DNA of 64,000 bases from contig BCGN01000003.1 of the NCBI GenBank assembly GCA_001599295.1, positions 496,001 through 560,000 of the forward strand, written 5' to 3'. The notes under the pieces are model-generated. The model had not been told where the DNA came from. It did not search any database and saw only the letters and a program-made list of their open reading frames with translations. Below are positions 49,073 through 62,173 of this stretch, in pieces. Source of the stretch: Sporopachydermia quercuum. Its lineage: Eukaryota. Every line of letters begins with the position of its first letter. Within the stretch, counting starts at the first letter, position 1. Position numbers and translations under genes: made by a program.

Positions 49073-51421
49073 ATGAAGAAAGCCGAATGGCTTGAAAAAG
49101 CGGAACTTCCGCAGGTTACAGTGCGGGCCACAATCGCGGGGACAGTTATCGGTTCGATAGTTTTGATATCAAACTTTCAATTTGGCCTGCAAACTGGTTG
49201 GATATCAATGATGTCACTTCCTTCTGCATTACTGGGTTTTGCAATATTTAAAATTCTAGGAAGGCAGACAAAATTAGTTCCGAGATTTACGGACGTTGAA
49301 AACGTTTATGTGCAAAGTTTAGCGGTGGCGATAGGCTCGGGACCATTAGCGTTTGGNTTTGTCGGCGTTATTCCGGCAATTGAGAAATTCTTAACTCNGG
49401 AAGAAGCCGGGTACGATTCGAATAGTGCTGGAATATCATTTTCACTACTACAATTGATGATTTGGTGTTTTGGATTAGCTTTTTTTGGAGTATTCTTTGC
49501 AATTCCTCTGCGGAAGGAAGTCATTATCCGAGAAAGACTCCCATTTCCTTCAGGGAGTGCTACTGCTACCATGATTTCCGTTTTACATAATGAAGAGATC
49601 TTAGAAGAAGACGATTGCTTTGATGATCAGAAAGTGGGACTGCGGAAGCGGCACAAATTCCCTTCGGATGAAACAATTAACCCCAGATTTTCATCCGGTT
49701 ATGAAAATTTATCCGATTCCGAAATGACATCCGAAACTGGATCAAATTCGGAACCTCAAGATATCTATTCCAACACTAATACTAATTCTAATTCCAACGA
49801 GCTAACAGTAGTGGAATCACGTGCAGTCTCGGATGTAATTGCTTCAGAATCAGTCTATAATAAGAACATTAGAAACCTTCTTTTGAGTTTCTCAATCTCG
49901 GCTTTTTATGCTCTACTTGCATACTTTTTCCCCATATTTCGAAACTTGCCTATATTTGGTAAGAACATAGCCAAAACTTATCTTTGGACATTCCAACCTT
50001 CTCCAGCTTACATTGGACAAGGCATGATCATGGGGCTTCCTACTGTCTCATATATGTTGATTGGTTGTATTTTAGGATGGGCAATACTTGCACCATTAGC
50101 CAAGTTTGCTGGCTGGGCTCCTGGTGACATGGGAGATTGGAAAACAGGTGGGCAAGGGTGGATTTTATGGATTAGTTTAGGCTTAATGGTTGTTGATAGC
50201 GTGATTTCATTTATTGTTATCTCCGCTCAGTCGGTCTCGAAAATGTTTCAAAAATGGATTCCTCGGAGCGATTCGCAATCAGGATCTCGGAGCAGATATT
50301 CCGAAACCTCGGGAAGCTCAGGGAGTTCGAACTCGAATACCATTAGTGACAATGAGCCGTTACTAAGCAACACTCAAGCATCAAACCCCCAATTATCAAA
50401 CACTGAATCATCCACACAATATGATATAAACGAGCAGGACTTCATTCGCAGCATTAGCCGACCTTGTTCCGACGATTACCGATCTCGGAATCATCGGCAA
50501 CTATTAAATCTCAAACCCGAAGCTATAGATTTACCACCAAGACATCAACTCTCTTTTGGATTTGCAGCTACTGGTGTAGTGTTCTCAGGTTTGCTATGCA
50601 TAATATCCATGCGCCTAGTATTTGGAACAATTGTTCCTATTTATTCCATTGCCATCGCTGTAATATTAGCACTGTTCTTTTCCATTTTATCAGTTAGAGC
50701 TTTAGGAGAAACGGATTTGAACCCAGTGTCAGGTATCAGCAAACTATCACAGCTTATATTTGCAATTGTGGTCCCAAAATCAGTTCCCGGGTCAATTCTT
50801 ATTAACCTTATTGCCGGAGGAATCTCCGAAGCCGGAGCAATGCAAAGCTCTGATCTTATGCAAGATTTGAAGACCGGACATTTAGTTGGTGCATCTCCAA
50901 AAGCCCAATTCTATGCTCAAATCATTGGGGCTTTTTGGTCCACATTTTTCACAGCTATTATGTATAAATTATATGACAGAGTATATGAAATTCCTAATGA
51001 CATGTTTAGAATCCCAACTGCCGTTGTTTGGATCGACTGTGCACGATTAGTCACTGGTTCTGGCTTACCACCGAATGTTGTACCTTTCATAATATCAGTG
51101 TCATTTATATCAGGTGTTCTATCATTACTGAAGAATATCCTGCATTTAAGACAGTCGAAAATTTCTTGGATTTCAATTTATATCCCAAGCGGTGTAGCTA
51201 TGGGCATTGGAATGTATAATAGTCCATCATTTACTCTCGCTAGGTTTATTGGTGGATTGGTCAATTATATCTGGATGAGGAAAGCAACAGTACGGTATGG
51301 GAAAGATGTTCATGATTCTAAAGTTGCGATGATCATATTTTCTAGTGGGCTGGTGTTGGGGGAAGGTGTGCTTTCTGTTNTGACGATGATATTTACAAGT
51401 TTGGGTGTTCCTCACTTTTAA
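49073..51421 (+). CDS. OPT-family transporter (YSL / YGL114W-like)
   Basis: PQVTVRA, FGLQTGWISMMSLPS, ENVYVQS, RERLPFPSGSATA, ALGETDLNPVSGISKLSQ, DLMQDLKTGHLVGASPKAQF, GLVLGEG. First in-frame ATG at 49073. Confidence 0.92.
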   Translation: MKKAEWLEKAELPQVTVRATIAGTVIGSIVLISNFQFGLQTGWISMMSLPSALLGFAIFKILGRQTKLVPRFTDVENVYVQSLAVAIGSGPLAFXFVGVIPAIEKFLTXEEAGYDSNSAGISFSLLQLMIWCFGLAFFGVFFAIPLRKEVIIRERLPFPSGSATATMISVLHNEEILEEDDCFDDQKVGLRKRHKFPSDETINPRFSSGYENLSDSEMTSETGSNSEPQDIYSNTNTNSNSNELTVVESRAVSDVIASESVYNKNIRNLLLSFSISAFYALLAYFFPIFRNLPIFGKNIAKTYLWTFQPSPAYIGQGMIMGLPTVSYMLIGCILGWAILAPLAKFAGWAPGDMGDWKTGGQGWILWISLGLMVVDSVISFIVISAQSVSKMFQKWIPRSDSQSGSRSRYSETSGSSGSSNSNTISDNEPLLSNTQASNPQLSNTESSTQYDINEQDFIRSISRPCSDDYRSRNHRQLLNLKPEAIDLPPRHQLSFGFAATGVVFSGLLCIISMRLVFGTIVPIYSIAIAVILALFFSILSVRALGETDLNPVSGISKLSQLIFAIVVPKSVPGSILINLIAGGISEAGAMQSSDLMQDLKTGHLVGASPKAQFYAQIIGAFWSTFFTAIMYKLYDRVYEIPNDMFRIPTAVVWIDCARLVTGSGLPPNVVPFIISVSFISGVLSLLKNILHLRQSKISWISIYIPSGVAMGIGMYNSPSFTLARFIGGLVNYIWMRKATVRYGKDVHDSKVAMIIFSSGLVLGEGVLSVXTMIFTSLGVPHF

Positions 51422-52401
51422 TTGGTGGATTAATGTAATTTTTGATGTATTAATGTGAACTTTTTCGGTGAATAAATGTAATAAATGTAATAAATATATA
51501 AATATAATAGTGTATTTCTATTATTCAATGTAGGTATTAACCACTAATCATGTTTTCAACAATGATATCTTCTGGTCATGTTTCAAATATACATACGTAA
51601 TCTATGTAATTAGGTCGAATGGCTAAACATCTACTTGAAATATTATATGAATCTGAATGCTGATAACAAAAGGGATGATGTTGTAGTTGTAGTTGTGCTG
51701 TAGCTATCAACAAAAGTTGTTAATGCTCTAGTGAATATAGAATTAACGTGATGACTAAGACTAGAGGATAACCCAAGAAGATCATTCCTGAGCTCGAATG
51801 AACAAGCAATTCAGTTTCAATAAAATGCTGGCAGATGTTCATAGTGTGTCACATAGTATCAACATACTAATTAATACCATCGAAGGACACGTCTACTATG
51901 ACCAAACTTTGGTATTACATCTAATATTATATCATAAGTTCGGAATACAAATCCTTGAAACAGCTCACAGTTGTACTCACCACTTATGAGTTAACAGTTT
52001 GAATCACCAAGAATGATATCCTTTGATACTCTAGCACCTACGAAACCGGAAAATGTTTCGTTCAATTTCGGTTCAAATATACTTTGAAAAAGTTCTAGAG
52101 CATATCCCGTCTCATTATGAGTAACAAGGAAGTTCTGGTTAAAACAGATCGGGTTACGTCATACCATACTTACCAGACAATAAGATTTTAATCCCTAAAA
52201 ACCATTCTACTGTTTCGCTCGCTTTGAATAATGACCTTGAATATTATGGTAAACCAATTTATCAGTCTATTAAATGTTTCCTTAGAAGCATCAATAGCAA
52301 TTCTGACGATGGCGCCGACCTTCAGTTACAGCTTAAAAATTATTGTTATAGTATAATTTCCTATCAAAACTCTTCCTATAGCATAAGAATTCATCACCAT
52401 C

Positions 52402-53714
52402 TTAACCTTTCTTTCCTTCCTTGTACTTTTCCTCCAGCCTTCCTTCGACCCTTGCAAGAAAGTCTTGTTTCTGCAGAAAACCCGCTTTATTATGGGTTCT
52501 CAAATCATCTCTAATTCCTTCTTTATCAACAAATCTCGTCCAATCCAGTTTCGACTTCTCCAAAGTATTTAGTTTATTAGCTTTAGCCGCTGACAATATC
52601 TCATCTATTACTGACTTCTTCTTAGGTATATAGTGTCTCAATGATTGACCATAATCATTAATATCCTTATACAGTACTTTACCTTCCAATGCATTATTAC
52701 TGTTCTTTTTTCCTTCCAAGAAATCAGTTTTCTCCTTTTCTTTTTCTTCAAGCTCACGTAAAAATTGTCTGTACTCTGTTGGATTGTTCATCATATATTC
52801 TTTGGCTTCTGGTGAATCAATTGGTACTTCCCGTTCTTCTGTTATCAATTCTCCAGCGAACTTGTATACAACTTTGATAGGAATCAATTTTGTATGTAGT
52901 GACTCTCTGCCTTGTTTTTGAAGTTCCTGAAGTTTTTGTATTGGCTTTGGCACATTGCTAGAGTAGTTCCTACTGGTTGAAGAATCATTCGGTTGAGCAT
53001 TATCATTGATAGTATCGTCAGTGAGATTAGCTATTGGTTCCTTGAACCTTGTCATTGACTTTTGTTTTATATCAGAAAATATTGCATTTATATCGACTTT
53101 TGAAGAAGTTTGTTTCGGTAGATTGTAATTCTTTTCTTCTCTATAGTAGTAGGATATTTGTTAGTAACGAGTTGTCAAAAATGCAAGGAAGCTATGATAT
53201 TGATTACAGGGAAAGGGCAACCACAGAAAGCCCCATAGTATAGTCACGTTCTTTTAAGTCAACAAGAACAATCCAACGGCTCAAAATCATGACATATCGA
53301 TATAGTTTTCGTTTCCAGTAGTGTTAACTACGTTCAATACCAAAGTCATTCCGTAATTACAGCCGAGTACATACTTTTCTTGCTGCCTTTGAGCTCTAGT
53401 TCTAACGAAACCTCCTTGATCATTCTGGATTCTCTCATAATCAGGTTCTCTGGTAGAGTCATCGTTTTGCTTCTGTTTCTTTCGCTCTGGTCGTTTCTCC
53501 TCGTCATCATCGGAATCTGCTGACAAGTCACCATCAGCTACGAAAATAATGAATATGTTAGTACCCAAACTAGAGATCGTGTAATCATAGAAGATCTTTG
53601 AGAAGCGCAAACTAAATATAACGTACCTTTGGTAGGGTCAAAATCCTCATCTTCAGATTCATTATAATCATCATCTTCTATAGTTTCCGTTGGTTCTGTT
53701 GCTTTCTCGGACAT
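52402..53714 (-). CDS. SWC5: SWR1 complex subunit Swc5 (BCNT/CFDP1), 3 exons
   Basis: Exons 53714-53627, 53537-53375 and 53140-52402. Introns GTACGT..TACTAAC..TAG and GTATGT..TACTAAC..TAG. Motifs YNESEDEDFDP, GGFVRTRAQR, YKFAGE, and the BCNT end KLNTLEKSKLDW..FVDKEGI.DDL...NKAGFL..QDFL.RV. Confidence 0.93.
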
Positions 53715-54520
53715 CTTATATTTGTTGTGTATGGGAAGATAATACAAGATAATAGGAGAGGCGAGATACCACAACGACTCGTATTGTTACCACTTGCATA
53801 CCATCTACTCAATTGATTTCCCACAAAGGTGTAAAGCTAACAAGTTAGTCTTGGAGGCTTATTTGTTGTAATCAACAGTCAAGCAATAACCAACAACAGA
53901 AGCAAAAGCAATCCCTTCACCTCTTCACATTCTCCATAGATAAATGCATGAGATACAGTTCCCGTCCCATTATAGGCTTGTTTATTTGATGGCTGCTTTG
54001 CTCTGTTATGAATACACAGTACAGTCTTCTGTAATCCCCCACAGAGCCTTTCGTCCAAATACCAATAGTCGTTTGGTCTCTGTCTCAACACAGGTAACGG
54101 ATATCGTCATTGAATTCCACAAAGTTCATTGTTATTTGCGTTCGTGCAAAATAGGTAGCTTGGTTTACTGATACTACAATTATGAATAGTCCAAGCTTTT
54201 GGTTAAATTTCAACAGAAACAATCGAATCATAAGTAGAAACAATTTCAATTGTTTTATTGAATGAAAACCAGTATTCGTTGNTTTTATTAGTTGAAATTG
54301 CGACAGAAACACGCTGAGTCAGCTTGTAAGTGCCTTTATCGTTTGAAACGTAACGTAATCACGAACGGTCAACGAGAAAACAACAACCACTGTCAAAAAA
54401 GGTAATCAACTGGCTGGAGAATAAGTCAGCAACGATTGTAAATTATTAGCAGCAGATGATTGTTGAGATTGCACAGTTTTTCTTTATTTCATACGTCGAA
54501 TCATCGTCACACACATCACG

Positions 54521-55987
54521 ATGAGTAATAACAATTTGCTGAAAAGGAAAGGGTCACAGTCTCCATTAGAACAGGACGCTAAACGTGTTGCTATTGATAC
54601 TGAAACATTGACTCCTAATGATGACGAACAAACTCATAATGCCCATTCAACGGATCAGTCTACTACGCAGATACCAGCACAACCTTTGAAACCTGGCGAT
54701 ATAGCTGCTTTAGCTACCTTGTTGGAAACTTCCGCCCAGGAGTCTACAGAAGGTAACAGTGGGACAGGAACAAACCCAACAGCAGCACCAAGTACTTCTA
54801 GTCAAGAACAAGGAGAAAATAAATTGGTTGAGGACGAAGAATCCAAAGCGTTGTATGCTAATAGGCAGCCACCTACTTCTTCTCATATGCTCAATCGCCG
54901 TAATGGAAAAGGACCAGAAGGTGACGATGATCAAAATTCCACTTGGGTTCATTTAAGGGTATTATGTACAGTGAAAGAAGCTTCCAGTATCATTGGAAAA
55001 GGTGGCTCTAATATCAATATGATCAAAGAAAAAGCTCAAGTGCGTATAAACACTTCGGATAATGTGAGGAATGTGCCAGAAAGAATTGTTCATTTCAAAG
55101 GCGCTGCTGAACATGTGGCTAAAGCCATTGGATTGGCTGTTAGATTAATCCAAGGCGAACCAATTGATGAACCATCGAATCCCAGCTCTATGCCTTATAA
55201 ATTGAGACTTCTACTACCTCATTTGATTATTGGGTACGTTATTGGTAAAGGAGGTGCCAAATTTAGAGAAATTGAAGAAACTTCAGCAGCAAAACTAAAA
55301 GCTGATGAAAGATTATTACCAATGTCCAGTGAACGTGTTTTAAACATAACAGGAGTGGCTGATGCTATTCATATTGCTGTATATTACGTTTCCACTACAT
55401 ATCTAGAATTCAAGCATGTTTTACAAGGCGTGAGGATTCAATATTATGATCCTGCCTCAGCACCCTCTATGGGTATGAACATAGGTATGGGTATGGGCAT
55501 GGGCATGGGAGGTATGAATATGAATATGGGAATGAACATGGGAATGAATATGCCATCTAGACAAGGTGGCAATAGAGGAACANCAGGAAGTATGATCCAA
55601 CCAATGGGTATGCCACCACCTCCACCTGTTGCACCTTATTCTTCTCCTTTTACTAACCCTCCCCCTTATAACCCAGGGCCTGGTTTTCCTATGATGGGAG
55701 CCCCACCAGGACCAACAGTAAGTCAGGAAGTTTATATTCCTAATCAATATGTTGGTAGTGTTATTGGAAAAGGTGGCAAGAAAATACGACAGATAAGAGA
55801 CATGTCTGGATCAGAATTGAAAATTGGTGATCCTGTCCCAGGTAGCTCTGAACGATTGATTAGAATCACAGGAACAACTATGAATAACCAACAAGCTGTT
55901 TATTTGATCAATCAACAAATTGAATATGAAAAGAATAGAAATTCAAACAGCAATAATCCCAATAATTACAATAACAACAGCAACTGA
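54521..55987 (+). CDS. PBP2: Triple KH-domain RNA-binding protein (Pbp2/hnRNP K-like)
   Basis: Three GxxG KH loops (IIGKGG, VIGKGG, VIGKGG), plus PERI and ADAIHIAVYYV segments. Confidence 0.8.
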   Translation: MSNNNLLKRKGSQSPLEQDAKRVAIDTETLTPNDDEQTHNAHSTDQSTTQIPAQPLKPGDIAALATLLETSAQESTEGNSGTGTNPTAAPSTSSQEQGENKLVEDEESKALYANRQPPTSSHMLNRRNGKGPEGDDDQNSTWVHLRVLCTVKEASSIIGKGGSNINMIKEKAQVRINTSDNVRNVPERIVHFKGAAEHVAKAIGLAVRLIQGEPIDEPSNPSSMPYKLRLLLPHLIIGYVIGKGGAKFREIEETSAAKLKADERLLPMSSERVLNITGVADAIHIAVYYVSTTYLEFKHVLQGVRIQYYDPASAPSMGMNIGMGMGMGMGGMNMNMGMNMGMNMPSRQGGNRGTXGSMIQPMGMPPPPPVAPYSSPFTNPPPYNPGPGFPMMGAPPGPTVSQEVYIPNQYVGSVIGKGGKKIRQIRDMSGSELKIGDPVPGSSERLIRITGTTMNNQQAVYLINQQIEYEKNRNSNSNNPNNYNNNSN

Positions 55988-56490
55988 ATTATCGAGATAC
56001 TACGGATACTATGTATTATCTGAAAAATACCTATCAACTAAATGACTTAATTTCAGCTCCATGAACACACTTTGGAATTATAAAATTGGTGCAGAATGAT
56101 TCAAAAGTATCTGAATTGACTGAATACTTCTCTCTAGTTGCTTTCTTGTTTTACTATTATATAAGCTTCGTTTACTACGTTATGTTTACTACTTTATTTT
56201 ATTATATTTTTATTATCACTATTATTATCGCTTTTCATTATGTCGCCGTCATTATTACTACTACCATTACTAAAATTATCCTTCCATTGCAAGTTATTTC
56301 GCTCGTTTTAATTCATGATAACCTTCCACGTTAGATTTATCCTTTACGCTACCTGTTAGTTCACTCACAATGTCACCGTTGGTCACTTTCACTTTAAGAA
56401 ATTCACAACACGCTCCTTGATATTTATTAATACTATTATAATATCTCCATATGAATTAGAATCATCTTCCTTTCATTTCTTCATATTTCC

Positions 56491-59400
56491 CTATTTACGA
56501 TTCTCAGTTTTTGAAGTTCGAATTGATTGCATCCAATTCACAAGATCAAAAAACATCCCTGGCTGCATTTTAGACTTTTTATCTTTGAACCACGTCTTCA
56601 TATTTATGGCATAAGTATCAATTATCTCATCGATAGCTTCTGGCTTCTGGCCAATGATTTGTTTAGCAAGGAATATACAGCATAGATTACAGGCATTACT
56701 ATGAGCATTACTACTTGACGAGGCTGCAGACAATTGAAATGTCTTAAGTTGTATTAGCAACATTTCAATTGACATCAACTCCTGTAATTGTTCCTTCTCA
56801 TTAGCATCAATTGCATCCTCAACAGACAAATCTAACTTTTGCTTACAGATCTTTTTAATCAACTTATGTGCATGTCCACCAAGAGTCTTATCTAGAGTAA
56901 TATCCATTGTCTTGAGTAAGGGTTCAAGTATTGAGATAAGTAGACCGGAGGTAGATCTGACCTTAACAAAGATATCCAGCAGATCAATGATTCTATTCTT
57001 TATCGTGACCATATTTTCTCTAGCTGCTTGAACTTCATGTTTTCGTTTCGTTCCCGTTTCTATAGAATCTAGAATATTTCTACGGTGCTTGAAGATTGCA
57101 GCTAGTTCACCGTCAATGGCCATCATTTGNTCATCATCCATTGATTCTTCTGAAGCAACAGAGCCATCATCATCATCATCGTCAGTGTTCAATTGAGAAT
57201 TGAAATTTGAAATATCATCCGATAACTCTTCACTAGGGGTTTTAGGAACAATACCTAACACTTTTGCCAGTTGCTTATTTGCCTCTTTGTCAGCTTCAGT
57301 GAGTCCTTGATCGTCAGAATCTACAGCATCCTCGGAGTCGTTGATATCAGAGCAACTATTTGAATCTGAGTCTGAATCGCTATCGTCAGTATCTTGATCA
57401 CTGTCTTGTAGCTTCTTTTTAATAATCTCTTCTTCATCCTCTTCCTCGTCCTCGTCCTGTTCGTCTTCATCATCGTCATCTCCTGCTGCTCCACTATCGA
57501 ATAATGCTTCTTGCCCTTGTTTATTCTCCTTCGTTCTTAAAACCTATAAAACTATTAGCATCTTAATTAATTCACGCAGTAAAACTCTACTGTACAAACA
57601 TTAAATTCAGACTTACATCATATAATAGACTGAGGCTCGATAATCCAATACTAGGACAAAATCTTTCCCAAGCAATTAGACTCAACTTCCTCAACAATGA
57701 ACTCTTCCTGGACAAGAAACTCAATATAATCTCAGTAAAAACTTGTGCTGAGTCGGTCTCTTCGTCCCCTTCATTTGTTTCAGCTTGACCTGAAAGTGAA
57801 CCATAGACCAAATGAAGTTCATCCAACACTTGTAATGATTCGGATAAAGTATCCTCATTGTCTTCGGCAGAACTCAAGAATTGCAATACTATCATTGAAA
57901 ACAATAGCTCAAACGACGACAGTTGAGCCGAATCGTTATGTGGAGATGATTCTCTCTTCTGCCGTATTTTCTTCAGTGTTTTGAAAGCTTTGTTAATAGA
58001 TTCCTTCAGTTCACCGTCAAATTCAACTCTAGGAATAAGTGGCTGTTTGCTTGAAGACTTCCCGGAGTATGAAAGATCTATATAATATTTTAACACTTTA
58101 TAGCTCCAAGTCAAATTGTCGTCTCTACTTTTCATTATCAGCTCACCAAGAATTGAATTTAATCTTTCCTTAGCCATTTTGGCTACAGCATCACTTACCT
58201 CAATTCCCGTCAATTCACTACCTGATATAGACGCTCTTTTGGCTTCTTTTTTCAACTCCTTTTTCGATTTTCCACTGGAGCCATCGGCATTGGTATTTGA
58301 TGTTCCCGGTTTAAGAAAAGCTATTGTGACTATCAGTTTCAAGATAGTTTCCACCCATTGGAAGCTGGAGGATGAGGTTCCAATATTGTTTTTATTGTTT
58401 CTCACTAAATGGAGAAATCCGTCTATTACCCATTTCTGAGTCTTTTCAGTAGTACTAGGTNCCTTGGTTCGTTTACTGCTATTGAAGAATAACTCTTGAT
58501 ACATTTCAACAAGACTACCCAGCTGTTCAGTTTCTTTAATAGTAGCCAATACTGATTCAACAGTCTTAGATTTCGTTAACGTATCAAATGTTAAAGTACT
58601 TGAAGGTGTTGCTATCAATAGAGCCTTTACCACTATTAAAGATAAACAAGGATTTTCATTTGCCCGTTCAACAAATACATTAAGTACTTGTTTAGCTGTT
58701 TTAGATAACAAACGAGAGTTATTGCTACTTTGATTGATCAAACAACGTATCATATTGCCAGAATTAAAAAGAACTTGTTGCAACTGCTCAGGTGTTTGAA
58801 TTTGTTTAATGAAAATCAGAAGTATTTGAAAGCCCGAATATTTTCTTTCTGGTGTCGCCGTTTGAGAAAAGAAAGAATCATCAACTAATCTTTTCCAGAA
58901 ATCAGACAAGGACACTCTATAGGAGCTATTGATACTTTCACTATTCTTCGAACTGTTTGTTTTATGTTTTTTGGATTTATGCTTTGATTCTTTATTGCGT
59001 TTGTTGGACTTTGTTAGTTGTTCTTCAGAATTACCATAGCCATCATCATCATTGGCTGAAGGATTAGAAAGAAGTTCCTTACAAACGAGGTCCCAAACGA
59101 AATGAGGTTTTGGAAACCAAGGAGTCTTTTTGCTGTTCTGGCCTTTGCCTAGTTTCTTATTACTATTATTACTAGTTTCTCCCTTTCCTTCAGGTGCTGT
59201 TGATTTATTCTCTACTTCCTCTTCAGTTTGCGATTCAATCACAATACCACTATCAGTAAGAGTTTTCGTTAATAAAGTCATATTTGCCTTCTGCAAGGGA
59301 TCACCCCTGGCCCAAGTGCCTTGCAAAGCAGATGAGACTGCAGGTAAGCATTCCTTTGGTAAAGATAAATATATGGATATACCATCACTAGTGAAGGTAA

Positions 59401-60091
59401 ACCCTAGGTCGTGAATCTTGAATGCGATCGCTATAAACAGCGATTGACCAATATCCCGTTTGTAATTCCTTTTGATACTATCGATCAGTTGAATAACAGT
59501 AAAGAAACAGCTTTCACGAATCCAAGACTTCTTGAATGCAAGATCCAAAAGACTTGTAAGTACTATATTCAATCTTTTTCTAAATGTTTCANTNACAGCA
59601 TCATCACTTTGATTCTGGATCGTAGTATGAAACAGCAATGTGGAATTAATAACAGCTTGCAACCCAAAAAGCTTTCCAAACATCAAACTTCTATTTTCAG
59701 CACCTGTGTTGCTTCCTACAGTTTTGGTGGTTTCTTCTAATGTTTCCACGAATTTCTCAACTGTAAGTTCAAATCCTGAGGAGCTTTCATTTTTCTCGCT
59801 ATTATCACCATTGTTTAGTACTTCTGCTCCTGTTGATAGTAGTTCAGTCAAGGCAAGTGAGAAACCTAATCTGCTAGATCCTCTAGAACTTGTGAGTCCT
59901 CTTATAAGACGCTTTAAGGCGTATGACCATTCTGATTCTTCTTTACTTTCGTTAAGAATTGAAATCAGATCAACCGCTGCTTTAAACCTTTCATCAGCGT
60001 TATCCGATGCAAGTTTCCAGTACAAATCAAGTGTACGTGATTTAGTGTTAGAGACTGTCATTGTGGATGATCGCTCTTTCTCCAAAAACAT
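56491..60091 (-). CDS. POL5: Pol5/MYBBP1A ribosome biogenesis factor, 2 exons
   Basis: YALKRLIRGLTSSR.SSRLGFSLALTE and FGKLFGLQA. Intron 57616-57544 (GTAAGT..TGCTAAT..TAG) joins LLYD/VLRTKENKQGQEALF to an acidic region and MDD.QMM..D..LA.IF. Confidence 0.92.
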
Positions 60092-60558
60092 CTAACAGTT
60101 TTATTCCGCTAATGATGACTCTGATAGATAAAAACTAAAGCTATTTTCAACAAAAAAAGACTACAATTGCTTATCAATCCCATTAATTGGTCTTTATTCC
60201 TGAACTGTCCTTTCTCTATGAATGATTTCTACATAATAACAAAAAAAATGATTTACTAGTGCTGATATTTACTATTCCTATACTTCAATGCTGCCACATT
60301 CATACCGGGCACTTTAATTTCATTTTCGTATAATCTCCGCTATTCAAACTCACCAAAAATGGGAATTGGTGTCTGGGTGCGAACCCCTATTGGCCTGACC
60401 TAATATTCATTCAAAGAACATCGACAAGTTTCTATGTTTTACTTGATACTTTGATAATTTGCTTGTGAGAACTAATCAATATATGAATTTAACTATCAGA
60501 ACAATTCACAGTGGAAGTATACAACTATTTGTAACTCTCAGAAGCAATATTAATAACA

Positions 60559-60902
60559 ATGGCTGGAAAGATTTCGTAAGTGGTTTATCATTGGGATAAT
60601 AATTTTTGAAGTTGATGCCAATTGCCGTTAGACGGAAATGGAGGATTGAACATCAGATGGCATCAGTTCTTTGAAGTTAAGCGACTTTGGGATGTTAATG
60701 GAATGGATACAAGTATTGAGGGAAATTGACTAACAGGACGTATAGATTTGCTAAAACACTGGCAATTGCTGCCAGTGCTGTCAGAAAGTCCTTGAAGGAA
60801 GAACTGAGAGTCAAGGTTGCAAGAAGAGGATTGACTGAAGCTCGTTACGTCAAATACAAGAATGGAGCTCCTGCTTCTGATCCTATTGACCTCACTCAAT
60901 AA
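60559..60902 (+). CDS. ATP15: Mitochondrial F1-ATP synthase epsilon subunit, 2 exons (not in ORF track)
   Basis: Exon 1 60559-60575, intron 60576-60745 (GTAAGT..GACTAAC..TAG), exon 2 60746-60902. Product of 57 aa: MAGKISFAKTLAIAASAVRKSLKEELRVKVARRGLTEARYVKYKNGAPASDPIDLTQ. Confidence 0.9.
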
Positions 60903-62173
60903 GTACCTTGCGACCTTCGATAATTTATTGGTTGAAGACGTTGTTTGCATTCAAGAAGTTTATATATAGGATGAATGAATAAGCAATTTCAATGCATCAT
61001 GTTTATGTTTCTTACGAGCTGAGTAGTTCAGAATAAAGAGAGAGGCAGCCATATGTTATAGTCTCTTGATAAGAATATTGTGATTGATTTGAGATGATAA
61101 ATCACCAGTTATACATATTGAATATTCCTGCTAGAAGCGATAGTGCCATCAATCCAATAACCTTTAGAAGGGAGTATGTTACATTGGATCATAGATTATG
61201 CTACAATTAGAATTGAATGGCAGACACATATTCGTTATTGGTAGCATGACACTCTTTTCCAGTATTATTATTCACCGGTGGTTCTAACTCAATTCTAAGC
61301 TACCGTAGATTTTAAGCTTCAGATTACTGACTGATTGTAGAAATAGTATGACCCATCCATTCTGCAACAACTATTGATTCCACTATACTTCATTCAACAC
61401 AATCTAGTCTTTTACAGTTTAGTTCTTACAACTAAAAACAGTTCAACCTCGCAACACGTAGGCACATTACATCTCATCTTATATTGCTATATTGATAGTA
61501 CTCATCGGATGTTCCGTCCCGTCGTCTCANTTAACTGCATTTATTACAGTTCATGGTCCAATTTTCTACTTCTTCTAGCTAAAAAGAACTGAAAACCGAA
61601 ACTCATGGTCCCAGTCATTATATCTTTGCTTTATCCTTTCACAGCATCTTTCGATTGCATTTTGTATTTGCTTCTACGGAAAAAAGTGAAATAATCTAGC
61701 CTGGCCACCCGCTATTTGTCTCTCTAATACCATCGTCAATTTCATCCCAAGGTCATACTAATTCTTGTCAAATTATACTTATGCAAATCAAGAGGAAGGT
61801 GACTACCTGCAGCTTTATAAGCGCTTCCAATGAGAATCTCAGTTTTTAATATCAATTGACTCTCTGCTTTCATATATGAACATTCTATATAGTACATGGT
61901 TTCAAAACGCTCTCCCCAGAATCAACTTTTTTCTCTAAGATTCAACATCGAAGTCACAGAATGGCATGACACCTTGATAATCTGCTGACAAGATAGAAAA
62001 TAAACTCGTACTTGTCAGGGTTTTGATCCAGTAATTTGATTGAAAAGGAAAGTAATAAATATGTGCTCGATCAGAGATGTCCCTTTGTTTGTCGAATAGT
62101 CGAGACAAATACTAAATATTTCACGACATCTTCAATTGTCAGAGTGAGAATACTCCAGTCTTCTGTACTCCCC

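Noticed and set aside
51860..52205. ATACTTACC (U1-like 5' end) on +, or a short minus-strand exon MVLGIKILLS followed by GTAAGT
   Set aside because: No U1 continuation, and no consistent branch point, acceptor or recognisable spliced product could be built.
60375..60387. GGGTGCGAACCCC, resembling a tRNA T-arm/B-box
   Set aside because: TGC instead of TTC, and no acceptor, D or anticodon arms could be built.
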